This document shows positions 51,939-64,000 of a stretch of 64,000 nt of DNA, one piece after another. Position numbers and translations under genes: made by a program. Numbering within the stretch: the first letter of the stretch is position 1; every line of letters begins with the position of its first letter. The notes beneath the pieces are model-generated. The model saw nothing but the letters and a program-made list of their open reading frames with translations. It had not been told where the DNA came from and did no database searches. This stretch comes from Tubiluchus corallicola (Eukaryota > Animalia > Priapulida), in assembly GCA_030141605.1 (NCBI GenBank), contig JAQGDQ010000948.1, forward strand, positions 1 through 64,000, written 5' to 3'.

Positions 51939-53138
51939 ATGGATGCAGCCATCAGCACCAATTCCACACCAGCACGAAATTGTCGCAGAGAAAGCAATGG
52001 AAGTTTCAGTTATTCTGGCATGCACTCAATAGCAACTCTAGATGTTATTGACAACAGTTCAATTGCTAATGACCAGCAGAAAAACAATTTTGATAACATT
52101 GTCATCATGGACTCAGAAAAGCAGCTTGACAACTGTGAAAAATATCCTGTGAAATGTGAAAAGCAAGAATCTGATACTCACGGCAGCCACTATGTGGTGG
52201 AAATCTGGGATGGGTTCAGCTATCTCAGCGTTTTTCTAAAGGTTGTTGGAATATGGCCTTATGTCACAAGTTCTTCTAAATTTCTTCAAAAACTTGAAAA
52301 TTGCTATTTTCTTTACACCATTATCATTTGCCTTCTTCTAGCTTTCAATGCCGTAGCTCAGATATTGCTTATGGTGCGTGATCTTCAAGGGAAAATGAAC
52401 ACAACAGTGATGATCGAATACTTAGTAGCAGTCATTTGGTATGTGGAAGGACTCATACATGGAGCTGTTATGCTTAGTATCCACAGTCGCTTTCCCCAGA
52501 TGATGAACGAATGGTCATTGTCTCTCAAACTCAGCGGGGGCATCCATGGCACTGTTGCTTACATGAAGAAAGTGAGTTTCGTTCTCCTTAGTCTTTTAGC
52601 AGTAACTGTGACTGGTTATGTCTACGTAATAACAGAATTTGTCTGGAACAATTTTAATTATGATCAGATGCCATTTTATGTGTTTGGCTATAACATCTAC
52701 ACTTGGGACCATCCATATCAGGAACTGGCAGTGCTATTTTGTTATGCATCTGGAATATGGGCTTACATATTCATAGGATGGCCACAACTTGTCATAATAA
52801 TGTGGAGCATTGTGACGCTGCATGAGATGGATATTATAAACAATCAAATAGAGGAAGTCGTCAATTCAGAAGACACGCAACTGATCAGCAACAACATTGG
52901 ACACCTGCGACAGAAACATCAAAACATATGCAGAAGAATAGTCACGTTCAACGACATGGTTGACATCATCTCTGCAAGCAGATATGGCTTTGACATTATC
53001 TCTTATTTAATGCTAATATATTTAGCCGTTTTTGAGGAAGGCGATGTTGACAGCTCGTGGAGTCATTGCACTGACATACTCGAAGCGACTACGTATTTCA
53101 TCATTTACAGTTATGTGGTATCTTCTGTTAATCTTAAG
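51939..53138 (+). CDS. GRL variable exon V6, 400 codons (near-identical to V4)
   Basis: ATG 51939 to donor AAG|GTAAGT at 53138/53139. Lies exactly 7170 bp downstream of V4. Confidence 0.87.
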
Positions 53139-53579
53139 GTAAGTCTTAATGATGGATGATTAAACAAAGCTACACCTACTGCTTTTTAAGCTATTAAGTT
53201 CTCTTGGTTTTATAAGAATAATCAATAGTCCTAAGGTACAACAAGTGGCATATCATTGCTACAGAACAGCATGACTCCGTTACGTTTAATACAGAACAAC
53301 TTGCTGCAAAATTAGATTTCAATGAAGTAAAGAAAATTCTTTGACTGAGGACAAACTGGTAGTCTATTATCGAACAGGAAAAAAATCAGAATTGATACGA
53401 ACGCGAGCTTAAGTGAATCACCTGAAGAGAAAAATGCGAATAGAGCACTGAACCCATGATGCAACCTGTGTCTAACAAAATAACAATAACTTTGCAGCTA
53501 TGTTGAGCATCTGTTTTGCATGGAAGACATGCATGTGTAGGTGTTTACTTTTTCAATCTTCTCTTCAATGAATAACAAC

Positions 53580-53634
<55 letters not shown>

Positions 53635-54977
53635 GTGATGGTGGTGATGGTGATGGTGAAGGTGATGATGATGATGATGACGATGATGATGATAATATTG
53701 AATATATAGTTTAGCATGCAGAAACTTAAATTATAGCAGAGCAAATTATAAGTAAAACTAATACTATTTATCCTAACCTATATGCATTTAGCCAGTGAAA
53801 GTACCACTTGACTAGTATGATTGGATGTGCTGCATTCCAGCCCATTGAAAATAGATATCTCCAAACTTGTTAAGTAATTAGCAGTGATCCAATTTCGTAA
53901 TTGCTTTTGTCTCTATGAAATTGTGCAGTGTAAGAGAGCATAGGCTACACATATCATTCCAGCCCATTGAAAATAGATATTTCCAAACTTGTAAAGTGAT
54001 TAGCAGTGCTCCAACTTCGTAATTGCTTTTGTCTCTATGAAAATGTGCAGTGTAAAACAGCATAGGCTACACACATCAAAAATTGATGATGATATGAGCA
54101 GGAATTGATGATGTGTCGTAATCATTTGACACCACCGCAGTATTTTCTAATTAGAGTATATTAGCATCAAGTTATACCTGGTAGATCAACTGAATTTTGT
54201 ATTTTATATGTGCTGCGTTAACAATTGCAAGTGATTCTGAGGGTGCTCAATGCAACTGTATGCTTTAAAACGTCCAATAAAAACCATCAGAAGAGTTTTG
54301 CAGAAAGTGCACTCAAAAACTAACAGTTTTTTATTCAATGAAACAAAGACTTAGTCATGAAAATTGTTTAGCTGTCTTCTAGCACAAATATTTAAATTTT
54401 GTTGCTTGGTTTGCTTTACCTATGCCATGGACGGGTGTATTTGTTTTTACTGAAAGCATGCTAAGCAATTGTATTCTTCAAACTGTGGATGAATCCTACC
54501 TATTTACACTCGCACCGGTCAACACATTTGCTTTAGCGCAGGTGTAGAATATGTGTTGCCTATTGCTTCCAAGAATAGCTGTAAAAGTATCACAGATGAA
54601 AATCAAGTTTATCGAGTGGCAAAAACTTTTGTGTAAGTATAGTTGATGCATTTGTGATTGCATGTTGATGCATTCTATGGCACGATTGTGTAGCACTATA
54701 AACACACGCAAGGTAAGTATTTTCCAGTATAGCCTAAAAGTGATGCAGAAGCTACAGGAGTTCTCTTCTGTGGTGCACTCTTCAGAATGCTTACTTAGCA
54801 ACATGTGTTTACATTGTATAACAGAAACAGTTAAGCAGTAGATATGTCAGTCTTGCAAGATCTATTTACAGCCCGAAAACCTTGAATTCATTTTATGTAA
54901 ATATCTGTAAACTGGTTTAGTGGCTGTTGTTTTCAGAACTTAGCTGATAAAAAAAACTAATTAAGTTGTCGTTTAGC

Positions 54978-56177
54978 ATGGATACTGCCATCAGCACCAC
55001 TTCCACACCAGCACGAAATTGTCGCAGAGAAAGCAATGGAAGTATCAGTTATTCTGGCATGTACTCAATAGCAACTCTAGATGTCATCGACAACAGTTCA
55101 ATTGCTAATGACCAGCACAAAAACAATTATGAGAACATTCTCATCATGGAACCAGAAAAGCAGCTGGACAAGTGTGAAAAATATCCTGAGAAATGTGCAA
55201 AGCAAGAATCAGATATTCACGGCAGCCACTATGTGATGGAAATCTGGGATGGGTTCAGCTATCTCAGCGTTTTTCTAAAGGTTGTTGGAATATGGCCTTA
55301 TGTCACAAGTTCTTCTAAATTTCTTCAAAAGCTTGAAAATTGTTATTTTCTTTACACCGTTATCATTTGCCTTCTTCTAGCTTTCAATGCCGTAGCTCAG
55401 ATATTGCTCATGGTGCGTGACCTTCAAGGGAAAATGAACGCAACAGCGATGATCGAATACTTAGTAGCAGTCATTTGGTATGTGGAAGGACTCATACATG
55501 GAGCTGTCATGCTTAGTATCCACAGTCGCTTTCCCCAGATGATGAACGAATGGTCATTGTCTCTCAAACTCAGCGGGGGCATCCATGGCACTGTTGCTTA
55601 CATGAGGAAAGTGAGTTTCGTTCTCCTTAGTCTTTTAGCAATAACTCTGACTGGTTATGTCTACATAATGACAGAATTTGTCTGGGACAATTTTAATTAT
55701 GACGAGATGCCATTTTATGTATTTGGCTGTAACATCTACACTTGGGACCATCCGTATCAAGAACTGGCAGTGTTCTTTTTTTATGCATCAGGAGTATGGG
55801 CTTACATATTCATAGACTGGCCACAACTTGTCATAATAATGTGGAGCATTGTGATGCTGCGTGAGATGGATATCATGAACAATCAAATAGAGGAAGTCGT
55901 CAACTCAGAAGACACGCAACTGATCAGCAACAACATTGCACATCTGCGACAGAAACATCAAAACATTTCCAAAAGAATAGTCACATTCAGTGACATGGTT
56001 GGCATCATCTCTGCAAGCAGATATGGCTTTGACATTATCTCTTATTTAATGTTAATATATATAGCCGTTTTTGAGGAAGGCGATGTTTACAACTCGTGGA
56101 GTCATTGCACTGACATACTCGAAGCGACTACGTATTTCATCATATACAGTTATGTGGTATCTTCTGTTAATCTTAAG
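54978..56177 (+). CDS. GRL variable exon V7, 400 codons
   Basis: ATG 54978 to donor AAG|GTAAGT at 56177/56178. Confidence 0.87.
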
Positions 56178-56669
56178 GTAAGTGTTAATGATGGATGATT
56201 AAACAAAACCAAACCTTCTGCTTTTTAAGCTATTAAGTTCTCTTTTTTGATAAGAATAATCAATAGTCCCGAGGTACAACAAGTGGCATTTCATTGCTAC
56301 AGAACAGCATGATCCTGTTACGTTTAATACAGTCCAACTTGCTGCAAAATTAGATTTCAATGAAATAAAGACAATTCTTTGACTGAGGACAAACTGGTAG
56401 TTTATTATCGAACAGAAAAAAATCAGAATTGATACGAACGCGAGCTTAAGTGAATCACCTGAGGAGAAACATGCGAATAGAGCGCTGAACCCATGATGCA
56501 ACCTGTTTCAAACAAAATAACAAGAACAATAATTATTAGTGAGTGGACACCAATAAAGGGTTATCGTTTAACGTTGCAGCTACGTTGAGCATCTGTTTTG
56601 CACGGAAGCAATGCTAACATGCATGTGTAGGTGGTTACTTTTTCAGGCTTCTCTTCAATGAATGATGAC

Positions 56670-56702
<33 letters not shown>

Positions 56703-57682
56703 GGTGGTGATTGCGAAGGTGATGATGATGATGATGATGACGATAATATTAAACATATAATTATGTTATATGAGTTTAGTACTTGAGAAAGACTTCGGGG
56801 GCGAAATACAGTAAACTAAACGTAAAAAAGCTGGCGAGCGGAAGCAATGGACACCAAAAAGATTCGCCTATGAAGTACTGTACATGCAAACACACCAGAG
56901 TCACGGTTGTGAAATGCTGTACAGTAAAATGGATGTATGGTATTCGTGAAAAATCAAGACAAGAATAGATGAAATTGCAGAAATTTGATATCAAATTCAC
57001 TTAACACAACACTAACTGTAGATGGGTAATTGACCACAATTAATTAGCGCACTATAAGCCTAACACACAGGGACTATTATGGTTTACCATAATATTATAC
57101 AAGAATAATTCAATTTTGGAGGTGTGATGGGGACCGTGTGGGAAGAGGTTGACTGTTTAGGAGGGAGGTACTAAAATACTTTTTTCCTAAACAAATAGCT
57201 AGAGCGGATCCTGATAGTTGAGGTTAGATATTCCTACAGAAAATTTAATAGAAGAAACGGTTTACAACGGATATCAACGGATTACAATAGATACAATGAT
57301 ACAATGTATTACACGAGAATATTATTGATATTATAACGCGCTAGAACAGTGTTATGTTTTTTTATAATATCATGTTTGATCATAAATGACACTAGTTGAC
57401 GCTTTCTCTGAGTTAGTTTGTGATTCGTTTTTACAAACTTTAGTATAAAATATTGAACTTTTATATTATATCTGTCACTTTTATATTATACAGGCCGTTT
57501 TGTGTAAATTGGTACTATTTGATTTTAGTTGTTCTTTTATTGGTATATTGATTTATTGGTATTTAAAAGTCTTACGAATATAACAGCTATTTTATTTACA
57601 AAGTTTTTTAACCATACCCTGCAAATAGAGGGTCCCTTTATGTATTTTATGTAAATATTGGTATATGCGTTCAATTTTAAAT

Positions 57683-57860
<178 letters not shown>

Positions 57861-57868
57861 TAATGTAT

Positions 57869-58214
57869 CAGGGGTGGATTATCGTATAGGTTAGTATAGG
57901 CTGAGCCAAGTGCTCCTCAAGCTTTGATAACGTTTGTTAATCCCTACGGTTTTGTTGAAATATGTGCTTAATTTGGTTTGCAATAAACAGTAAAATACTG
58001 GTATTTCTTAAAGGACATTTTTATTGACAAATAAAAGATAGCGATTTTAGTTTATTCGAGAAATTTGCATTCAGTTTACTTCAAGCTGTGTAAGTGTCGT
58101 TAAAATATATCACGAGCATAAAATATTCAAGTGTTAGAAGGTGGCTCCGTTTGAGGGGGGGGGGGGCAAAATCTCATTAGCTTAGGGGTCCCAAAAGGCC
58201 ATAATCCAGTCTTG
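57869..58214. mobile_element. hAT-like MITE
   Basis: TIRs CAGGGGTGGATTAT / ATAATCCAGTCTTG. Confidence 0.5.
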
Positions 58215-58839
58215 AGTAGAATTATATTTATGAATACTGTGCACATAGAGGCAAAAGTGACCCCTATCGGGACTGTGCGTAATTCGAGCAGAAATTTGAA
58301 TCCGTAGCGAATGTAACTAGTTTTGATAAACTGTTTCGTTATTTTACTAGTTCCTGGTTCAATTTTGTTAAGCTCGTTAGCTTCTTTTTTAAATGTTCTG
58401 GATACAAGTGCACAAGACGTCTGATTTCCATTTTGATAAATTCTGTAAAGAAGCCAGCAGTGCCAGAAGCCCGTTGATAAAGATGCATACGAAATTTTGT
58501 TATTTTTCAAATCTGTGGCTTTCCGTATGATTATGGAAAGGCATCGTGAAGTCAGCGATAATGATTTTGCTTCGATTGAGTTGTAGCGTTTTAGTTAAGT
58601 TAAGTTTATTTACGTTTCTATAACGAGCTATCCACTTGCAGGCTCTAGAATTCTTTACGGTAATTGCAATCAAACATTCACTCGAAAATTTAAATTAATT
58701 GTATAAAATGGATCTAAAATAATTCTTTGAACGAGTAAATTTTCCATTAGATTAAAATATCAAATTAAGTTCGCATCATGAATATAAAAAAATCTCTGAC
58801 AAGCAAAATTTTAAAACAAGCAGCTTTTCGCTACACGAT

Positions 58840-59561
58840 TTAAAGCAAAACAGAATCCAGTCTTAAACTCCAGGTCAAAACAATTTACTCTTTAAAATAT
58901 TTGAAAGGAAACTTTCAATTTCAAAAATGGCTTACGTGTAAAGAATTGTTACCACAAACATAATTTCGCGTTCACGCCACTAGTTTTTCGCTGTTACATG
59001 CATTTCGTCATTCACTAGTTAGACGGGCACTATCGCCTGCATTTGGGAAACGCCTAATAGAAAAAAGGTGCTGTAGTTCTCAATTTAGATGTTAGTTTGT
59101 GACGAACTGGCAAAGTAGTCATAATTTTCAACATCAAAAACACTCTATGAGCGTGTTACACGTGTTTGCGAAAGCAAAAATTGAAGTGCAGTGCTACTGT
59201 AAGATATTCAGTGTGTTGTACTAAAACTGGTCAAGTTTTAAGATAAAAAATCAAGTTTCGAATCTATCGCTGCACTCACGCATGAGCTGTCGAACGTGTG
59301 TATACGTCATGAACCGAGACGTATATCACCAGCTTTTGTGCAACACGTTTCCGAAATGCAGGCGCTAGTGCCCGTCTAACTAGCGAATGGCGAAATACAT
59401 GTAACAGCGAAGAACTAGTGGCGCGAACGCAAAATTGTGTTTGTGTGGTAATAATGCTTTCACGTAAGTCATTTTTGAGAAAATAGTATGTTTCCTATAA
59501 ATATTTTAAGGAGTAGATTGTTTTGACCTACAGTTTAAGATTGGGTCCAGTTTTGTTTTAA
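58840..59561. mobile_element. Family C foldback MITE with long inverted arms
   Basis: TTAA|AGCAAAACAGAATCC ... GGGTCCAGTTTTGTT|TTAA. Both ends correspond to the same end of element 5784-6418. Confidence 0.62.
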
Positions 59562-59627
59562 AGATAATAAAAAAAGGATCTTGTGTCTTACAACAACTTG
59601 TAACAGATCTTTATTTATATCTTTTAG

Positions 59628-59696
59628 GCGCACGAACCTCTAACGATATTACACAGTATTGACATCAGCAAGCTGTCCACGAAAGATTCACTAGAG
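59628..59696 (+). CDS. GRL shared constant exon C1 (AHEPLTILHSIDISKLSTKDSLE)
   Basis: Acceptor tatcttttag|, 69 nt, phase 0/0, donor |GTCAGT. AHEPL..L is the kind of post-TM6 segment seen in GR/GRL proteins. Not in the ORF track because it is too short. Confidence 0.8.
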
Positions 59697-59840
59697 GTCA
59701 GTATTGATGAAAGTATTGATTTTACTTACTTAAAGGAAAACCGGACGATTGTGTAAACATTAGCTCAGACTAAAGAATGCTCTAAAATATTAAAATTCCT
59801 TTTTTTAAATCAAAGCTTAGATTAAATAATAATAATAATA

Positions 59841-59914
<74 letters not shown>

Positions 59915-59915
59915 A

Positions 59916-60020
<105 letters not shown>

Positions 60021-60408
60021 TTAATAATAAGCTAATAATAATAATTATTATTATTAAATAATAATAATAATTAGACTAGAGAGCTACTGTTGTCATCATC
60101 AACATCGATGATGTAAATTAACAGTTTTAGTAAAGTTGTTGTGTTTTTACTATAAATGGCTTTAACTGCCTGTAATAAAAATGACTTCGATTTATTCAAA
60201 TTTAAGAGCACCTGATCAGAATGTTTAGGTTGATTTGGCAACCTTATTATAAATTTGTCCATAGCCTCTTTTTGTGTAGACGCTGCCTTAAGCTGCCTTC
60301 CTCTCGAGGCGGCTGACATTGTTATTTTCATAACGAAACAAAACAAATTGATCGCTTATCTTTCCCAAAACTCCTACGATGTAAAACGTGTAAAGATATA
60401 TGTATATA

Positions 60409-60803
60409 CAGGGTCGTCTAGAAAAAAACAATTCCCATAATTAATTCGTAATTTTTCATCCAGGTAGAGGCATTTAGAAACGAGGCTCGCATTGCCATAT
60501 AGTCGATTTCTCCTCTTTCAAATGAGCTGCAAATTTTCCTAGAATCAAGCGTCGCTAGTAAGTTTTTTCTGGCAATGAGCAAACAACCATTTTTGGAGGT
60601 TTTCACCCGACATTTCCAGAGGAACACCCTGTAGATAAAAATTCCTAGCCGTACTTGGTAGTGACTTGGTGAGAAATGTATGTTTTGTAGTTCTTTGGAA
60701 AGAGATGAACTGGACTACACGATGATGTGCGTTTCTTTTGAAAATGTTACTAGCAGGAGGAGCTACAAGTTACTTTTGAAGAACGCTTTTTTGGACAACC
60801 CTG
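60409..60803. mobile_element. Tc1/mariner-like MITE
   Basis: TA|CAGGGTCGTCTAGAAAA ... TTTTTGGACAACCCTG. Confidence 0.4.
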
Positions 60804-60919
60804 CATACATCAAATTTCTTTATATGTTAAGCAACTAATGTCAAGCAAATTTGCATTATAACAAGGAAATTAATACATACATTTCTATGCATATATAAAT
60901 ATTGTCTTGCCAAAATATG

Positions 60920-61247
60920 GGCATTAAGCGAGGTTGCCATTATAAAAGGGGTCATTAAGTGAGGTTGGCATTATAAAATTGGTCGTTAAGTGAGGTTGGC
61001 ATTACAAAATGGGTCGTTAAACGAGGTTGACATTATAAAAGGAGTTGTCAAACGAGGTTGACATCGCAAAACAGGTTGTTAAGTGAAGGTGGCGTTATAA
61101 AAGTGTTCGTTAAGTGAGGTTGGCATTATAAAAGACGTCATTAAGCGATGTTGGCATTCTAAAATGGGTCGTTAAACAAGGTTGGCACTGGAAAACCTGC
61201 TGTTAAGCTAAGTTGGCATTATAAAGGGGGTCCTTAAGCGAGGTTAG
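60920..61247. repeat. 31-bp degenerate minisatellite, ~10 copies
   Basis: TAAGTGAGGTTGGCATTATAAAATGGGTCGT-like units. Confidence 0.82.
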
Positions 61248-61322
61248 CTTTCTTCCATGTGCTTTAACTGAAACATGCATGCTGGTGCTGAGCTTTTCAC
61301 ACAAATAAATTTTTATTTTCAG

Positions 61323-61412
61323 GTTATTCTTTTCACTAACAAACTTTCTGGTCCCCCAATTGGGTTGACGGCTTGCAACTTTTTTGTCATCAACAGGGCT
61401 ATGATACTGACG
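61323..61412 (+). CDS. GRL shared constant exon C2 (VILFTNKLSGPPIGLTACNFFVINRAMILT)
   Basis: Acceptor ttttattttcag|, 90 nt, phase 0/0, donor |GTATGA. Encodes the hallmark GR/GRL pre-TM7 motif (IGLTAxxFFVINRxxxLT). Three C-terminal phase-0 introns are the ancestral GR/GRL pattern. Confidence 0.88.
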
Positions 61413-61554
61413 GTATGAACTTATGTTTAAATTACTTAAGCTTAGATTTAATTATTGGGTTAAATTTTGATGTTTATTGTTTCTGGAAAGAGTCGCTGTT
61501 ATAGCTCCCATTTCAAGTAACTGCCAGAATAACTGCTATTTAAGGTAAATGATG

Positions 61555-63513
61555 CTACTTAGTGAATGTCAGCCATCTTTGTGGATTTTGTACAGTAATT
61601 TCGTCGATGGTAGACTGTGACACTCCTCTCTGACGCAGTCTGGGAATGACGTCACACAAGATGTGCGAGTACCCGTGTCCACCGTACTTTACCTGAAACA
61701 AAAATAAGTGTGTCAGTAAGTTGGTAGGTTAGTACAAAAACAAGTATACTTAAGTAAGTAAATAAGTCAGTAAGTAGATAGGTTAGTAAATAAGTAAGTA
61801 AATAAGAGAGTGAGTGAGTGTGTGTGTGAAAGACTGAGTGAGTGAGCGAGTGAGCGAGAGAGAGGGAAAAGTAAGTAACTAGGTAGGTAGATAGGTAGGC
61901 TGGTAGGTGGGGGGGTAGGTAGGTAGGTAGGTAGGTAGGTAGGTAGGTAGGTAGGTAGGCTGGTAGGTAGGTCGGTAGGTAAGCAGGCAGGCAGGCAAGC
62001 AAGCAAGTACGTAAGTGAATAGAGTAAGTAATTATAATAAGTGAGCAAGTAAGCAAGTAAGCAAGTAAGCGAGCAAGCGAGTAGGAAAGCAAGCAAGATT
62101 TTATTTACCAGTCTGTGCTTGGTATGAACGTCATGAGAAATCAACACTTGGTCACTGCGTCCCTCTGCAATCATAGCCTGCACGTAGCCAATACGTTGAC
62201 CATCACTGGGTATGTCCACTTCACGTCCATGCTGGTAATATGAAGTCTCAATACCAAACAAATCCCACTCACAAAAACTGCCTAGCGATGCAAACTCTAG
62301 CACCTTCTCCACTGAGAATAGAGTTCCTGAAATGATGTATTTCAATAAATAACCGGCTTAAAAGACACATAAAGCAACGAAGAACAGTGTTAATAACAAC
62401 AACAGCAACACCATCACCAGTAGTAGCAGTAAAAGCAGCAACAACTACAGCAAGGAGCAGCAACAGCAGCAATGGTAACAACAATAACAATGACAACGAC
62501 AATGACAGCAACAGGTACGCAAAAATAATGACAGTGACAGCAGCAACAGCAACAACAACATTAACAACAACAACAACAACCATTTGATATTATATCACTC
62601 CTTAGTCCTTAATTGGTATTTGAAAACAGCCCTATTGATTTTAAAGATGGCCTCCATGCGAAAATCGGATGTACATGGATTCAAAATGTACGTGTCAACC
62701 CTGCAAACATTTTGGGACGCGGTAACGCCATGTTTCCAATAAAATGTGTTCAGTAATGGCAATAAAAGTAAAATTCAAAAGTCAAAGTCAAAGCCAAGTC
62801 AAAAAGATGCTCTGCATAAGTCCAATAAAATTCATCACAGTCATCGTCGTCGTCATCATCGTCATCATCATCATAATCATCATCATCATCATCATCATCA
62901 CCATAATTATCATCATCATCATCGCCACAATCGTTGCTATCATCATCATCGTCGTGGTCATCATTATTATCATCATCATCATCGTCATCATCACCATAAT
63001 TATCGCCATCATCATCGCCACAATCGCTGCTATCATCACCATCTCCATCATCATCATCATCGTCGTCGTCATCATCATCATAATCATCATAATCACCACC
63101 ATAATTATCGTCATCATCATCGCCATCATCATCATCATCATTGCCACAATCGTGGCTATCATCAGCATCAACATCATCGTCATTATCATCATCGTCACCA
63201 TCACCATAATTATCATCATCAACATCGCCACAATCGCTGCTATCATCATCTTCATCACCAACAGCAACAGCAGCACTATAATGATGATGATGATGATCAG
63301 CGCAGTCATTATTGACAACAAAGTGTAAAACATGTTAGCGTCACTTACTGTCTAAATGTGACATGGTTGTCTTGGAGATGTCGCATCCTGCCTCTTGCAG
63401 GATGCGGATGATTTCGAATGGGGCGTCTTCGCTTCGACCTGGATGAATGTTTACGGCGCATCCTAGATGGCGCTGGGCTAGAGCTGAGGCTCGCAATACT
63501 TTCTTCTCATTAG
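61555..63513 (-). CDS. PTER: Phosphotriesterase-related protein, last three coding exons (gene continues beyond the window end)
   Basis: Minus-strand exons 63513-63349 ([54 protein letters not shown]), 62326-62109 (RTLFS...EWDLFGIE...PSDGQRI...[12 protein letters not shown]) and 61692-61555 ([19 protein letters not shown]...[10 protein letters not shown]). GT-AG boundaries and phases are compatible. Metal-ligand motifs IHPG, SHLDR and SHD are present. Candidate AATAAA on the minus strand at 61478-61473. Confidence 0.95.
62833..63300. repeat. CAT-rich microsatellite in a PTER intron
   Basis: Directly visible; explains the His/Ile/Met-rich ORFs. Confidence 0.9.
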
Positions 63514-63826
63514 CTGCAAAGCAAATTTAATTCTTCTAACGTGTTATAGTGTTATAGTGTACACGGAGATTTACGTCATGTGTGCATTGTTCTTTCCTGT
63601 CCTAATCTGGCGTATGTATACTGTGATTGTTTACCCTGGAAACAATGTAATTGACTAAACACGGAATGACGTCACATCGTATGAAAGCTTACATCCGAAC
63701 TGATGCTTCAGTCAGTATCTCATTTTAGGCTCTGCCATTGCAAAGTGATTGCTGAATGCAAAACAAAATGCATCTTTTCATTCTTTTGTTTGTTTGTTCT
63801 TTCTTCGTTTCGTCAGGTCGTCTGAT

Positions 63827-64000
63827 CATTCATTCATTCATTCATTCGTTCATTCATTCATTCATTCATTCATTCATTCATTCATTCATTCATTCATGCA
63901 TTCATTCATTTATTCATTCATTCATTCATTCATTCACTCACTCACTCACTCACTCAGTCAGTCAGTTAGTCAGTCAGTCAGTCAGTCAGTCAGTCAGTCA
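63827..64000. repeat. CATT/CACT/CAGT microsatellite
   Basis: Directly visible. Confidence 0.9.

Noticed and set aside
63729-63825. Plus-strand acceptors (cattttag|GCT..., cgtcag|GTC GTC TGA) as the missing last GRL exon
   Set aside because: They translate to ALPLQSDC* and VV*, with no hydrophobic TM7b or TY...QF motif.

Overview
AT-rich, intron-rich, microsatellite- and MITE-laden genomic DNA from an invertebrate animal (eukaryote; species not identifiable from the sequence). Reading splice sites by hand gives four protein-coding loci. (1) A complete 6-coding-exon TP53I11/PIG11 ortholog (1519-24038, +). (2) A complete 6-exon cytosolic sulfotransferase (27608-32969, +). (3) A gustatory-receptor-like (GRL, 7TM ion-channel superfamily) locus (35009-61412+, +). 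(4) The last three exons of a phosphotriesterase-related gene, PTER (61555-63513, -). The highlight is the GRL locus. Seven tandem ~1.2-kb 'variable' exons each encode the N-terminus to about TM6 and each ends at a phase-0 AAG|GT donor. Only one downstream set of small 'constant' exons (59628-59696 and 61323-61412) supplies the TM6-TM7 loop and TM7a. This is a variable/constant architecture like clustered protocadherins, UGT1A or insect Gr28b/Gr39a. It comes with a conserved CTCF-like element upstream of every variable exon, recent duplication and mosaicism among the variable exons, and a terminal pore exon that I could not find before the convergent PTER gene. Most of the other long ORFs in the supplied track are microsatellite artefacts.
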